Assembly (NCBI GenBank): GCA_963788655.1
Contig: CAWBHS010000062.1
Location: 1 to 64,000 of the forward strand
Length of the DNA: 64,000 bases
From: an uncultured Verrucomicrobiae bacterium
GTDB lineage: Bacteria > Verrucomicrobiota > Verrucomicrobiia > Limisphaerales > JAFGQR01
Direction: 5' to 3'
Positions 10,222 to 21,300 of the stretch are shown here, piece by piece. Made by a program: the position numbers and the translations under genes. The first letter of the stretch is position 1, and the number at the start of each line of letters is the position of its first letter. Below the pieces are notes generated by a model. The model ran no database searches. It saw nothing but the letters and a program-made list of their open reading frames with translations, and was not told the DNA's origin.

Positions 10222-11118
10222 ATGAACGCTATTGAAAACCGAATGAACCTGCGAACCGCACTCACCTTTGGCTCGATCGCTGCCGTGGCGCTAACGTCGC
10301 TTGTCGGCCGCGTCGCCGCTCAAGAACCCAAACCCATCAAGGCGCTGCTCATCGCCGGCGGCTGTTGCCACGACTACAAGACCCAGAAGGACATTCTCAA
10401 AAAGGGCCTGGAAGCGCGCGCGAATCTCGTGGTGGACATTATTTACTGTCCCGACGGTAGCACCCATCCGCCCCTCGAGATTTATGGAAATCCCGACTAC
10501 GCCAAGGGCTATGATGTCATTATGCATGACGAATGCGCGGCCGACATTTCCGACGCGGCGGTGATCGCAGGGGTGCTCAAGCCGCATCGCGACGGCATTC
10601 CGGGGGTAAACCTCCATTGCGCGATGCACTCGTATCGGATCGGCAATCCGGGCGAACCCGCCACGCCCGGCACCCCGCGCGCGATGTGGTTCGACTATCT
10701 CGGCATCCAATCCAGCGGCCACGGCGCGCAGTTGCCCATCGTAATCACCCAGAACGATTCGGAGCATCCGATCAACCAGGGTCTCGCCAACTGGACGACG
10801 ATCAACGAGGAACTCTACAACAACGTGAAGATCCGCGACACCGCGCATGCGCTCGCCCGGGGCCAGCAGATGGTGAAACGGAAGACGAAACAAGCCGACG
10901 GCACGGAAACGGTCACGGAAAAGCCGGTGGACTACGTGGTCACCTGGGTGAATGAGTACCAGCACAAGACCCGAGTGTTCAGCACCACCATCGGCCACAA
11001 CAACGCCACGGTCGCCGATCCAAGATACCTCGACCTCGTCACGCACGGCCTGCTCTGGGCCTGCGGCAAACTTGACGACCAAGGCCATCCGCTGCCGGGT
11101 TACGGCCCCAAGCAGTGA
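10222..11118 (+). CDS. ThuA-like (trehalose utilisation / class I GATase-like) secreted protein
   Basis: ALLIAGGCCHDY, VNLHCAMHSY, HPINQGL..EELY, RVFSTTIGH..GLLWACG. Confidence 0.85.
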   Translation: MNAIENRMNLRTALTFGSIAAVALTSLVGRVAAQEPKPIKALLIAGGCCHDYKTQKDILKKGLEARANLVVDIIYCPDGSTHPPLEIYGNPDYAKGYDVIMHDECAADISDAAVIAGVLKPHRDGIPGVNLHCAMHSYRIGNPGEPATPGTPRAMWFDYLGIQSSGHGAQLPIVITQNDSEHPINQGLANWTTINEELYNNVKIRDTAHALARGQQMVKRKTKQADGTETVTEKPVDYVVTWVNEYQHKTRVFSTTIGHNNATVADPRYLDLVTHGLLWACGKLDDQGHPLPGYGPKQ

Positions 11119-11157
11119 GCGGACGCCATTGACCCGATTGCCAAACACATTCCAATT

Positions 11158-12084
11158 ATGAAACGACCAATGCATCTGAACGCGATGACTCGACGGCAAT
11201 TTATCGAACGGGTGGCGGTGGGAAGCGGCACGGCGGGATTGCTGGTCGCCAGTGCGGCGAAAGCGGTGGCGAATCCGCTGGGCCTGCCGATTGGTTGTCA
11301 AGTCTGGCCCCTGCGTTCGACGCTCCAAGATCTTCCCGCGTTCACCAAGAAGGTCGCCGCCATCGGTGTATCCCGGCTCGAGCTCTGTTCGCCGATCGGC
11401 TACGGAGCCGAGTTCGCTTCCCTCGCGAACGGGAATGAGGTGAGAACGATTCTGGCCGACCACGGCCTGCGAGCCGAAAGCTCTCACTTCACCATGGGCG
11501 AATTGCGCAAGAGCCAGGAAAAATGCATCGAATGGGCGAAGGCCATCGGCATCACGCAGATGATCACGGCCAGCCTGGGCGACGGGAACGGGGGAAGCAA
11601 CCCGACGCTCGACCAAGTGAAAAAGGCGGCCGACGAATACAACCGGATCGCCGCCATGGCCGCTCAGGCGGGCATGCAGCAGGGCCTCCACAACGAAGGC
11701 TTCGAGCTTTCCATCGTGGATGGCCGGCGGACCTACGACCGGTTGCTCGATTTGCTCGACCCGAAGCTGGTCCATTTTCAGTTCCAGATGTCAACGATCA
11801 CGGCTGGCTTCGTGGGGGCCGATTATTTCCGGAAGTACCCGGGCCGCTTTTACTCGATGCACCTCCAGGACATCGATATGAGCCCGCCGGCTCCGTCGCG
11901 GGACAGTGCGCCCGCGGCGCGGCGCGGCGGACGGCACCCGCAGGTGGCGCTGGGCCAAGGCAGCATCGACTGGGTGAAAACCTTCACCGCCGCGAAGGTC
12001 GGCGGGGTGAAGAACTACTTTGTCGAGCAAACCTGGGAACTCACGCAACCAAGCGTGGCCTATCTCAAGACCCTGCAGGTTTGA
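11158..12084 (+). CDS. Sugar phosphate isomerase/epimerase (xylose isomerase-like TIM barrel) with Tat signal
   Basis: TRRQF twin-arginine motif; LHNEGFE, MHLQD, LGQGSIDW, YFVEQ. Confidence 0.85.
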   Translation: MKRPMHLNAMTRRQFIERVAVGSGTAGLLVASAAKAVANPLGLPIGCQVWPLRSTLQDLPAFTKKVAAIGVSRLELCSPIGYGAEFASLANGNEVRTILADHGLRAESSHFTMGELRKSQEKCIEWAKAIGITQMITASLGDGNGGSNPTLDQVKKAADEYNRIAAMAAQAGMQQGLHNEGFELSIVDGRRTYDRLLDLLDPKLVHFQFQMSTITAGFVGADYFRKYPGRFYSMHLQDIDMSPPAPSRDSAPAARRGGRHPQVALGQGSIDWVKTFTAAKVGGVKNYFVEQTWELTQPSVAYLKTLQV

Positions 12085-12315
12085 TCGCCTCCTGGACGCG
12101 GCCGATTCGAAGCCGCAACCCAGTCGCTCGATCACTATCACTCGGGAGTTCAGGTTAATCTGGTTGAACGCGCGTTGGTATTCATGGCAGAATTCGCGGC
12201 ACTCATGCAGAGTGCGCCAACATCCTGTGATCAAGGGAACCACAATTTGAGATTCCAGCGCGCGGGTAACCAGTTCCGCTCCAACTCGGAACTCCGGAGC
12301 CAAATGCAAAACCCC

Positions 12316-12388
12316 GTAGCAGCCGACGTAAGGAGGCTCTGATCTTTTTCGCCAGAAACAGAATGAGCCTCCTTACGTCGGCTGCCAC
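12316..12388. repeat. GTAG-type REP doublet (inverted pair)
   Basis: GTAGCAGCCGACGTAAGGAGGCTC ... GAGCCTCCTTACGTCGGCTGCCAC; relatives at 14244-14319 and 21171-21243. Confidence 0.8.
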
Positions 12389-12467
12389 GGGGTTCATAGG
12401 GGACGGTTCGTGCCGGACGTTGTCCCGTTGGGGCAAACATCCGTCGCACCCGGCGTCTTTCTGAAAA

Positions 12468-12537
12468 ACTTGCGTGGCGGTTTTGAGGAACAAGTCACGG
12501 GCGGCCCATGGGTCGGGGCCGGGGCATTGCACCATGA
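12468..12537. repeat. 70-bp direct repeat, copy 1
   Basis: 65/70 identical to 14472-14541 by manual alignment. Confidence 0.9.
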
Positions 12538-12563
12538 AGACGGCCACCATTCCTTTCGTCGGG

Positions 12564-13931
12564 TTACTCTCCGCCGGATGCTGGTTGCTTCGCCTTCTGG
12601 ATTGCTTGCACCACCTCACGCATTATCTGGCCTTGCTGGCCTTGCAAGGACGGCATTTGTGCCGCGGTTTCCGCCACCAAAAGCGCGTCAGTGATCCGTT
12701 GCTGCTCTATCAGAAACGCCACATACCGGAAGACCGCCTCGTTCGAGTCCGGACACAGGGCCCAGGCCTGGCGAAAGGCGACATCGGCCGCACGCGCCAT
12801 GCGCTCCTTTTCCGTGGCCTCGGTCGCGTGTTGCCTGCGCCAGGCGTAAAGCCCGGCGAGCGAACTCCGCAGCTTGGAAAACATCCGGTGGGAGTAGGCG
12901 TTTTCAATGAAACGCGGATCGCCCGTGAAACCGCGAAAATCCTGTTTCCCAAACGTCTTTGTGGCGAACGCAGCGATCTGCTCGAGCGACGTGTCGTCGG
13001 TCAACCAATCGCCGATCATCGGCCGGACCAGGGGCCGCCAATAATCGTGGTCCCGCGCGACGATTTGGTCGGACAATGCCGGCAGCGGCTGGTGGTTGAT
13101 CTTGAAAATCAGGCCGTGCGGTTCGAGGTGCGGATACATCCAGTCGAACGGGACACTTTCTTCGAAGCAAAATTCGCGGTCAGGATTTTTGTCGAAGATG
13201 AGTTTGGCCAACCGAGCTTTGACCTGGATCCGGGTCACCTGGCCATGGACTTGGACTTTGCCATCGGCGCCGACGGTCACGTCTTCACCGGGCTTGAGCT
13301 GATGTTTGCTCAACCGCAGAGCGGCCTCCTCCCTGTAATCATGGAGGGTTTTCTCCAAATCTTCGCCCGTTGGCGTGTAAATCTTTGTGCCATACATGGC
13401 GCGCAGGTATTCCAGGTACCCGGCGTCCGGCAGGCCACCCTGGGAAAGCGTGAAAAAGGGTTCCGCCTGCATCTGTGACTTTTGCAGTGCGGCGATGATG
13501 AAGAGTCCCGCATCCGTGCCGCCGAAATAGATGCTTCCCGCCGGAATGGAGGCGATGATGTTGGTTCCAAGTAGCATGGCGTATTTTTCATCGCCCTCGC
13601 CGAACGCTTCCAACGCGCCGAAAGTCTCCACCACCGCTTGCCACGCGATGCCGTATTGTCCCGCGTGCTTGCGCAATGCTATGAATGCGTTGCTAACCGC
13701 CCGCCAGTCGCCTTGGGCTGCCACCGCAAAAAAGGCTTGGACCTCGGAGGGCATTTTGTTCGTCGCGGCGTTTGCCTGCGCCTCCTTTTCCGCGACGAAC
13801 CATTTCAACTGGGTCACAAGCTCCGGATTCTTGAGCGACTGAAACAACGTCAGTTGTTTCTTGGCGCAGCCACTGATGAACAGCCCACCGCCAAGCATGG
13901 CTGCCCCCAGTGATTTGAGTGTGGTCTTCAT
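12564..13931 (-). CDS. Hypothetical lipoprotein with TPR-like C-terminus
   Basis: Lipobox-like ISGC after a hydrophobic leader; AFRQAWALCPDSNEAVFRY is TPR-like. The middle (YFGGTDAG, FEES.PFDWMYPHLEPHGLIFKIN) recalls soluble regions of DUF2723-type proteins, from memory only. Confidence 0.7.
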   Translation of the reverse strand: MKTTLKSLGAAMLGGGLFISGCAKKQLTLFQSLKNPELVTQLKWFVAEKEAQANAATNKMPSEVQAFFAVAAQGDWRAVSNAFIALRKHAGQYGIAWQAVVETFGALEAFGEGDEKYAMLLGTNIIASIPAGSIYFGGTDAGLFIIAALQKSQMQAEPFFTLSQGGLPDAGYLEYLRAMYGTKIYTPTGEDLEKTLHDYREEAALRLSKHQLKPGEDVTVGADGKVQVHGQVTRIQVKARLAKLIFDKNPDREFCFEESVPFDWMYPHLEPHGLIFKINHQPLPALSDQIVARDHDYWRPLVRPMIGDWLTDDTSLEQIAAFATKTFGKQDFRGFTGDPRFIENAYSHRMFSKLRSSLAGLYAWRRQHATEATEKERMARAADVAFRQAWALCPDSNEAVFRYVAFLIEQQRITDALLVAETAAQMPSLQGQQGQIMREVVQAIQKAKQPASGGE

Positions 13932-14010
13932 CGTTTTGCGTTTTGTGGCGATGCCATTTACATCTCATTACCAATTAGCTTTCAAGTTGAGACTTATGCG
14001 GAATCGAATT

Positions 14011-14079
14011 GGAGCGCGGACATTCCTATCCGCTCGCGCAGCCCCATCCCCGCCGAGCGGACAGGAATATCCGCACTCC
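14011..14079. repeat. GGAG-type REP-like doublet
   Basis: GGAGCGCGGACATTCCTATCCGC ... GCGGACAGGAATATCCGCACTCC, nested in a further TGAGACTT/AAGTCTCA inverted pair. Confidence 0.7.
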
Positions 14080-14243
14080 GCTTGAAGTCTCATTTTGAAC
14101 GGGAATTGGAATCAATACCATTTGCCCATTGCCATCACTGAATAGACACCGTCGCCGCCGGATTGGTATAGAAATCCGTGCGGGGTTTCATCGCTTGGGC
14201 CGGAATTACCGCCTGAGATCGTGTTTTGAAAGTCCTCAAATCT

Positions 14244-14319
14244 GTAGCCAACGACGTGAGCAGGTGGACCGTTTGGCCACTTGGCGCTGGCGAATCCGCT
14301 TCTTTACGTCGGCGGCTAC
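14244..14319. repeat. GTAG-type REP doublet
   Basis: GTAGCCAACGACGTGAG ... TTTACGTCGGCGGCTAC. Confidence 0.7.
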
Positions 14320-14471
14320 CCTTTTGAAACACGCTCTGAATGATGCAGCCCCCCTCAGGGTTAAGGAATGTCGGATCCTGTTCCCAGGGTAGCTCCGGCC
14401 GTGCAACCCAGAGCTGAATGATGCTACCGCGTTGCGGTTGTATTGGGCCACACCGGGAAATATTCTTAAAG

Positions 14472-14541
14472 ACTTGCGTGGCGGTTTTGAGGAACAAGTC
14501 GCGGGCGGCCCATTGGTCGGGGCCGCGGCCTTCCACCATGA
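14472..14541. repeat. 70-bp direct repeat, copy 2
   Basis: 65/70 identical to 12468-12537. Confidence 0.9.
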
Positions 14542-14585
14542 GAAGACTTCCGGGAAATTAGTGGGTATAGGTAAGTAAGATTGGG

Positions 14586-14694
14586 GCCGAACGACGATGA
14601 CCGACCGCCCCGAATGACGACCCGGCTGCCAAGCGAAACGCCAGACGCAAACCGCCAAGCGGGTGGATGGTTCGGTCGATCGCTTTTGTTAGGC
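14586..14694 (-). other. attC-like site (array 1)
   Basis: Minus strand: R'' GCCTAAC overlapping the cassette stop codon, inner arms GATCGACCG / CGGTCGGTC, R' GTTCGGC. Confidence 0.75.
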
Positions 14695-15105
14695 CATTGT
14701 TTCATCGTCTGTCTTTGGGATTTGTGGGGTTGTTGCTCTCGAACCGTGAAAATATGCGGTGGCCTTCGGTCGAAAAAGAAGGAAGATCGCGGTTCCAAAT
14801 ACCAAGCTGCGTAATATGAATCTGAACGGCGAGTAGTACATGAGATCGCCGATGACGTTGTATCCAAACCAAACGACGAGAAGCCAACGCGCCCAATGGA
14901 ATCCACAAACCATCAACACGCCGCAGATCACTCCGAGAATCGGTCCGATATAGAGTAGCGAAAACCGAATCGGATGCTGCGCCTTGAACTCGGCTACGCT
15001 TGGTTCGTTACCAAAAGTTGGCAGCAAGCTCGTGAGGAGCGCGATGCTTCCCAGCACGATCAATATCCAACTGATGACAGTAACTGAGCGAGGGCGTTTA
15101 TTCAT
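14689..15105 (-). CDS. Integron gene cassette, hypothetical membrane protein
   Basis: GTTAGGC lies 13 nt upstream of the ATG and the complementary GCCTAAC overlaps the stop; about four hydrophobic segments; lower GC than flanks. Confidence 0.78.
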   Translation of the reverse strand: MNKRPRSVTVISWILIVLGSIALLTSLLPTFGNEPSVAEFKAQHPIRFSLLYIGPILGVICGVLMVCGFHWARWLLVVWFGYNVIGDLMYYSPFRFILRSLVFGTAIFLLFRPKATAYFHGSRATTPQIPKTDDETMA

Positions 15106-15118
15106 AGCGTGTAAATTG

Positions 15119-15240
15119 GCCTAACAAGCTCAGCGACCGCCGCCGGAAACGCCCGGTCGGCTGCAACAATCGCTGATAAATTATCCGAACCGTCCGACTG
15201 CCCAGCGGGGCGGCGGTTCGCTGCAGCGCCCTGGTTGAAC
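15119..15240 (-). other. attC-like site (array 1)
   Basis: Minus strand: GTTCAAC-CAGGGCGCTGCAGCGAACCGCCGCC ... GGCGGCGGTCGCTGAGCTT-GTTAGGC; 122 bp with an extra base in the first arm. Confidence 0.82.
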
Positions 15241-15439
15241 GAAGCCGCTGCGCGGCGGGAAGAAGGGACGGCGGTCGGCTGGCGCCAACCGCGGGACTAG
15301 GTCCATTGCCTCCACGCTTCGATTTGTGTCCACATTCCCAGGGACCTTCGTTACCGTCGAAGGCGCCGGCCGGCCTCCAGGCGAAGCCGACGAGCCAACG
15401 TTATCCGTCAACTAACACTCGTATGCCTGGGCAACTCGT

Positions 15440-15739
15440 TCATGACTCCTGTGCGGGTCTCCGCAGGACAGCAACCCCGTACAAACCAAAAATGCCACTA
15501 AATGAAGTGGACACCAATTCCCATCCCTCGGCGTCAAGTTCTTCGAGCGCTGTTTCCAGCAGCCTGGTCGCCTGCCAGACTCGTCCGATGAAGCGGTCCT
15601 TCTCCGCCTTTCCGACCTGTTTGCCTGGAGTAGCAGGATCCGCCGAGGTAATGACCCAACGTCGGCCAGACCTATCTGCCGTACCGTAAATCAAGGTGAT
15701 GTGCTGCCACTTTGCCATCGGATATTGCTCAGGCCTCAC
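15440..15739 (-). CDS. Small hypothetical protein (DUF4177-like), possible cassette gene
   Basis: LETALEELDAEGWELVS motif; lies between attC and the intI remnant, but no clear attC of its own. Confidence 0.55.
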   Translation of the reverse strand: MRPEQYPMAKWQHITLIYGTADRSGRRWVITSADPATPGKQVGKAEKDRFIGRVWQATRLLETALEELDAEGWELVSTSFSGIFGLYGVAVLRRPAQES

Positions 15740-15969
15740 GTGGGAGTTCAGCGTAAACGCCCTGAAGGCGCCCGTTGGAATTCATGACATGTGTTCTCAT
15801 CATACATTGCCTTTCTCTGCTCCGCGGGGACGGTTATGCTGCAACGATTAGTTCAATTTTTTGAGCCGGCCAATGGCGACAACGACCAAACTAACCCATC
15901 CCGCATCCCATCGCAAGCCCCAAGGATCCCACCAGGAATCCCGCTTCCTACCGCACCTGCCCGCCGCCG

Positions 15970-16312
15970 CCAGCGAGCAAAAACTGGAGGCTTACCTTTC
16001 CCACTTGGCCCGGCAGGGAATTTCAGCCTCAACCCAAAATCAAGCCTTCTCCGCATTGGTGTTCTTTTATCAGCAAGTACCGAGATTGTCGCTGAAAATA
16101 ACGACGCCCGGCGCGCCAAAGTGCCGGCGCGCGTCCGGGAGGCACCCACGATTGAAGAAACGCGGACTTTGCTGGCGGCGGTGCCTGACCTGCACGGTTT
16201 GAACCGCGGGATCAATCAGTGCGCCATCCAACAGGTGATGGGTCACAAGTCGCAGCAGACGACCATGGGCTATTTCCATGCCGAGAATCTGAGCGTGCAC
16301 TGTCCGCTGGAC
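15970..16312 (+). pseudogene. intI: Integron-integrase-like remnant with frameshift and internal deletion
   Basis: KLEAYLSHLARQGISASTQNQAFSALVFFYQQV (IntI N-terminal motif), RRAKVPARV, then directly IQQVMGHKSQQTTMGYFH..SVHCPLD (compare GVxSPLD). Box I Arg and HxxR are missing. Confidence 0.75.
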
Positions 16313-16520
16313 TTTGGAACGGTTAGCGCGGGCGAACGGCTGGCAACACGGGCAAAAACTTGGACGGATAGAACGGCAATTAAACGCCACATCCTTTTTG
16401 CTCCGAATCCGTTGCGACCGGAGCTAGTATGGAGTGAGGTCAAGTTTTCGTAAGGCCCGCAGCGTGACTGAGGTGCGACTTCCAGTTGCAGTTTTGCCCT
16501 TGCTCGGTTACTACACACCC

Positions 16521-17578
<1,058 letters not shown>

Positions 17579-17581
17579 TCC

Positions 17582-18679
17582 ATGCTCAACACCACCACGC
17601 CGCGCGTGTTCATTGCCGCCACCCGGCAGAACGACGGCAAAACCACCACGTCGCTGGGACTGCTGGCGATGTTGCAACAGCGTTACCCGCGCATCGGTTA
17701 CATCAAGCCGGTCGGCCAACGGTTTGTCCTGGTGGAAGCCCTCAAGATCGACGAAGACTCGGTGCTGATGGACCAGGTGTACGGCTGAATTGTCCGCTCG
17801 AGGCCACCAATCCCATTGCCGTGGTTGCGGACTTTCACCCGCCGATACCTGCAGACCGCAGGCAACAACAAGGGCCTGGTGAAACGCATCCGCAACGCCT
17901 TCGACCGGGTGGCCTGGGAAAAGGACTTTGTGCTCTGCGAAGGCTCCGGCCACGCCGGGGTGGGTTCCGTGTTCGACCTGTCCAACGCGCGCATCGCCAA
18001 GATCCTGCAATCCAAAGTGGTCATCGTGACCCAGGGCGGCATCGGCAAACCGATTGACGAAGTCGCGATGAACCAGGCGCTGTTCGAACAGGAAGGGGTG
18101 GAAATCATCGGGGTCATCATGAACAAGGTCCTGCCCGAAAAAATCGATTACGTGACCGAGTTCGCCGGCCGCGGATTGAAACGCAAGGGCTTGGAACTTC
18201 TGGGCGTCATCCCGCACCACAATCTGCTGTCCAGCCCCACGGTGGACTTGATCCGGGAAGAACTCGACGCCGAGATGTTGAACAAGTCGCGGCAGGTTCG
18301 TGAATTGGTCGAGGACATCGTGCTCGGCGCGATGGGCGTCCACAATGCGGGCCGATTTTTCAAGAAAGGCGTGCTGCTCATCACCCCGGGCGACCGCGAG
18401 GACATCATCCTGGCCGCCGGCGCTTCCGGAACCGGTCCGGCTCCGCAACTCACCGGCATCGTCCTGACCGGGGGACTCCGGCCGGGACCGAGTGTGATCA
18501 AAGTCATTCAGCAGATGCGTTTCCCCGTGCTCCTGGCCCAGCAGGACAGTTACCAAGTGGCCTCGAAGGTCCACGACATCACCGTGAAAACCCGGCCCAC
18601 CGACAAGGAAAAAATTGTTCTCATTCGCGATTTGATCGCGCAACATGTGGACGTGAATAAGATTCTAAATGCATTGTAA
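17582..18679 (+). CDS. BioD-like P-loop + DRTGG domain protein (Pta N-terminal-like), frameshifted
   Basis: FIAATRQNDGKTTTSLGL, IGYIKPVGQ, LCEGSGHAGVGS, LLITPGDREDII. Confidence 0.85.
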
Positions 18680-18705
18680 ATTGAACCTCGGTTCGCTCCA
18701 GCACC

Positions 18706-19806
18706 ATGCCCTCTGAATTGCTCCTCAATCCGATGCTCGAAAGACTGCCCGTGTACCAGCCTGGCCGGCCTATCGAAGAGGTCGCCCGCGAGGTCGGACT
18801 CAATCCCGCCGACATCCTCAAGGTCGCTTCCAACGAGAATCCCCTGGGCCCGTCCCCGCTGGCCCTGGCCGCGATGGAAAAGGCCTTGCCCCAACTGCAC
18901 CTTTACCCGGATGGCAATGCCTATTATCTCAAGCAAAAGCTCGCTCAAAAACTTGGGGTTGAGCCGGAGAACCTCATCTTGGGCAACGGTTCCAATGAAG
19001 TCATCGAACTGCTCGGGCATGCCTTGATTCAACCGGGCACCGACGTGATCGTCTCCCAATACGCGTTTGCGGTGTACACCATCGTGAACCACCTGTTTGG
19101 CGGCAATCTGATCCCGGTGCCCGCCCGCGATTACGGCCATGACTTGCCGGCCATGCTCAAGGCGATAACGCCGCAAACCCGCGTGGTGTTCGTGGCCAAT
19201 CCCAATAATCCCACCGGCACCCTGGCGCCGCGGGCCCACGTCCTGCGGTTGGTCAATGAGGCGCCTCCCAACGTGCTGATCGCCGTGGACGAAGCCTACC
19301 TCGAATACCTGGAGAGTCCCACCGACCTCCTGTCTCTGGTGCGCCGCGGCGAGAAATCCAATTTACTGCTTCTGCGCACGTTCTCCAAGATTTACGGCCT
19401 GGCGGGTTTGCGCATTGGGTATGGTGTGGGGCACCCCGAACTGATTGCCGCCCTCGAAAAGATCCGCGAACCGTTCAACGTGAACACCATGGCGCAAGTG
19501 GCAGCCTTGGCGGCACTGGACGACCACGAACACATCGAGCGCAGCGTCCACAACAACAACGTGGGTTTGAAATACTTCGAGCAAGCCCTGGAAGAGGCCA
19601 AGCTCAAATTCGTTCCGTCCGTCGGCAACTTTGTTCTGGTCCAGGTGCGCGATGGCCAACGCGTCTTCACCGAACTCCAGAAGCTGGGCATCATCGTGCG
19701 GCCGATGGGGGGCTATCAACTGCCGGAATGGATTCGCATCTCGATCAGCACGCCGGCCGAAAACTCGAGGTGCATGGCCGCCTTGAACAAAGTATTGGCG
19801 CCTTGA
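18706..19806 (+). CDS. hisC: Histidinol-phosphate aminotransferase
   Basis: YQPGRPIEEV, KVASNENPLGPSP, NPNNPTG, DEAY, RTFSKIYGLAGLRIGY. Confidence 0.95.
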   Translation: MPSELLLNPMLERLPVYQPGRPIEEVAREVGLNPADILKVASNENPLGPSPLALAAMEKALPQLHLYPDGNAYYLKQKLAQKLGVEPENLILGNGSNEVIELLGHALIQPGTDVIVSQYAFAVYTIVNHLFGGNLIPVPARDYGHDLPAMLKAITPQTRVVFVANPNNPTGTLAPRAHVLRLVNEAPPNVLIAVDEAYLEYLESPTDLLSLVRRGEKSNLLLLRTFSKIYGLAGLRIGYGVGHPELIAALEKIREPFNVNTMAQVAALAALDDHEHIERSVHNNNVGLKYFEQALEEAKLKFVPSVGNFVLVQVRDGQRVFTELQKLGIIVRPMGGYQLPEWIRISISTPAENSRCMAALNKVLAP

Positions 19807-19840
19807 AACGTCCCGTCCCGGCGGCGTCCCGTTTGCGAAC

Positions 19841-21130
19841 ATGAAACCCACTGACCTGCGCGGAATCCTGCAGTACATTCCGCAGTTCCGCGAAAAGTGC
19901 TTCATCGTGGCGGTCGATGGCGCCATCGTCACGGGAGAGAATTTTGCCAATATCCTGCTGGACATCGCTGTCCTGCGGTCGCTGAACATCCACGTGGTCC
20001 TGGTCCACGGCGCCTCCGCCCAGGTCCGCGCGCTGGCCCACGAGAAGAACATCACCCCCTCGAATTTGGATGGCACCGGGATCACCGACGCGGACACGCT
20101 CCAGCTTTCCATCAAGGCCGCCAATCTGCTGACGCACAAATTGCTCGAAGGCTTGGCCTCCAGCGATCTGCGGGCCGTCTGCACCAACGGCATCATCGCC
20201 CACCCGACGGGTATTCTACAAGGCGTGGACCAGTTGTTCACGGGCAAGGTTGAGAAAGTGGACCTCGAACTGTTCCGCACCCTGCTCGATCAACGCATCA
20301 TTCCCGTGGTGCCGCCCCTGGGCTTTGATGGCGACGGCAAAACGTATCGGGTCAATTCCGATCATATTGCCGTCGCGTTGGCCGACGGCCTGAAAGCCAT
20401 CAAAGTCATCTTCATCACCACCTGCGACGGCTTGTTCCAACAGGGCCGCCTCATCCGGCAAATGCTCGCCGGCGATCTGGATCAAATCCTGGCCACCCGG
20501 CGGCAGGAGATTCTTCCGGAAATGCTTTCCAAAGCCATCCACGCCGCCGCCGCCTGCCGGGCGGGTGTCCCGCGCGTCCACATCATCAACGGGCAGGTGG
20601 ATGAGGGGTTGCTGGCGGAAGTCTTTTCCAACGAAGGCATCGGCACGCTGATTTACGCCAACGAATACCAGCAAGTCCGGCGGGCTTTGAAAAAGGACAT
20701 TCGCAACATCCAGCAACTCATCAAACACGCCGTCGCCACGGATGAACTTATCAAGCGGACCCGGGCCAATATTGAGAAACACCTCCAGGACTATTACATC
20801 TTCGAGATCGACAAGAACCCGGTGGCCTGCGTGGCTTTGCACGTGGACCGCGAACACAACAAAGGCGAACTGGCTTCGCTCTATGTCAGCCGGTCCCACG
20901 AAAACCAGGGCATTGGCCGCAAGCTCATTCAATTCGCGGAAAACCGCGCCCGGGAACTCGGCTTGAATGAACTCTTCGCCCTGTCCACGCAGGCCTTCAC
21001 CTATTTCCAGTCCAAAGGCGGATTCCTGGAAGGCACGCCCGAAGATCTCCCTCCGGCACGCCGGGAACGCTACGAACACAGCGGCCGCAAATCCAAAGTG
21101 TTGGTGAAACGCCTGGTCAAAGCAGCTTGA
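19841..21130 (+). CDS. argA: Amino-acid N-acetyltransferase (N-acetylglutamate synthase)
   Basis: Amino-acid kinase domain followed by a GNAT domain (ELASLYV..NQGIGRKL, LFALSTQ, GRKSKVL). Confidence 0.93.
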   Translation: MKPTDLRGILQYIPQFREKCFIVAVDGAIVTGENFANILLDIAVLRSLNIHVVLVHGASAQVRALAHEKNITPSNLDGTGITDADTLQLSIKAANLLTHKLLEGLASSDLRAVCTNGIIAHPTGILQGVDQLFTGKVEKVDLELFRTLLDQRIIPVVPPLGFDGDGKTYRVNSDHIAVALADGLKAIKVIFITTCDGLFQQGRLIRQMLAGDLDQILATRRQEILPEMLSKAIHAAAACRAGVPRVHIINGQVDEGLLAEVFSNEGIGTLIYANEYQQVRRALKKDIRNIQQLIKHAVATDELIKRTRANIEKHLQDYYIFEIDKNPVACVALHVDREHNKGELASLYVSRSHENQGIGRKLIQFAENRARELGLNELFALSTQAFTYFQSKGGFLEGTPEDLPPARRERYEHSGRKSKVLVKRLVKAA

Positions 21131-21170
21131 ACTCGGATATTCCACCCCGAGCTTCAAATACCGACAGGCT

Positions 21171-21243
21171 GTAGCAGCGGACGTGAGTCCGCTCACATCT
21201 TCCGCTTCCGAGGAAGTTGGAGCAGACTCACATCTGCGGCTAC
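21171..21243. repeat. GTAG-type REP doublet between convergent genes
   Basis: GTAGCAGCGGACGTGAGTCCGCTC ... GAGCAGACTCACATCTGCGGCTAC. Confidence 0.75.
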
Positions 21244-21300
21244 CTGATCCGACGCGTTAGCCGAAATTCGCGGTGGTTATTTGAATGTGTTGCTTTGCTG

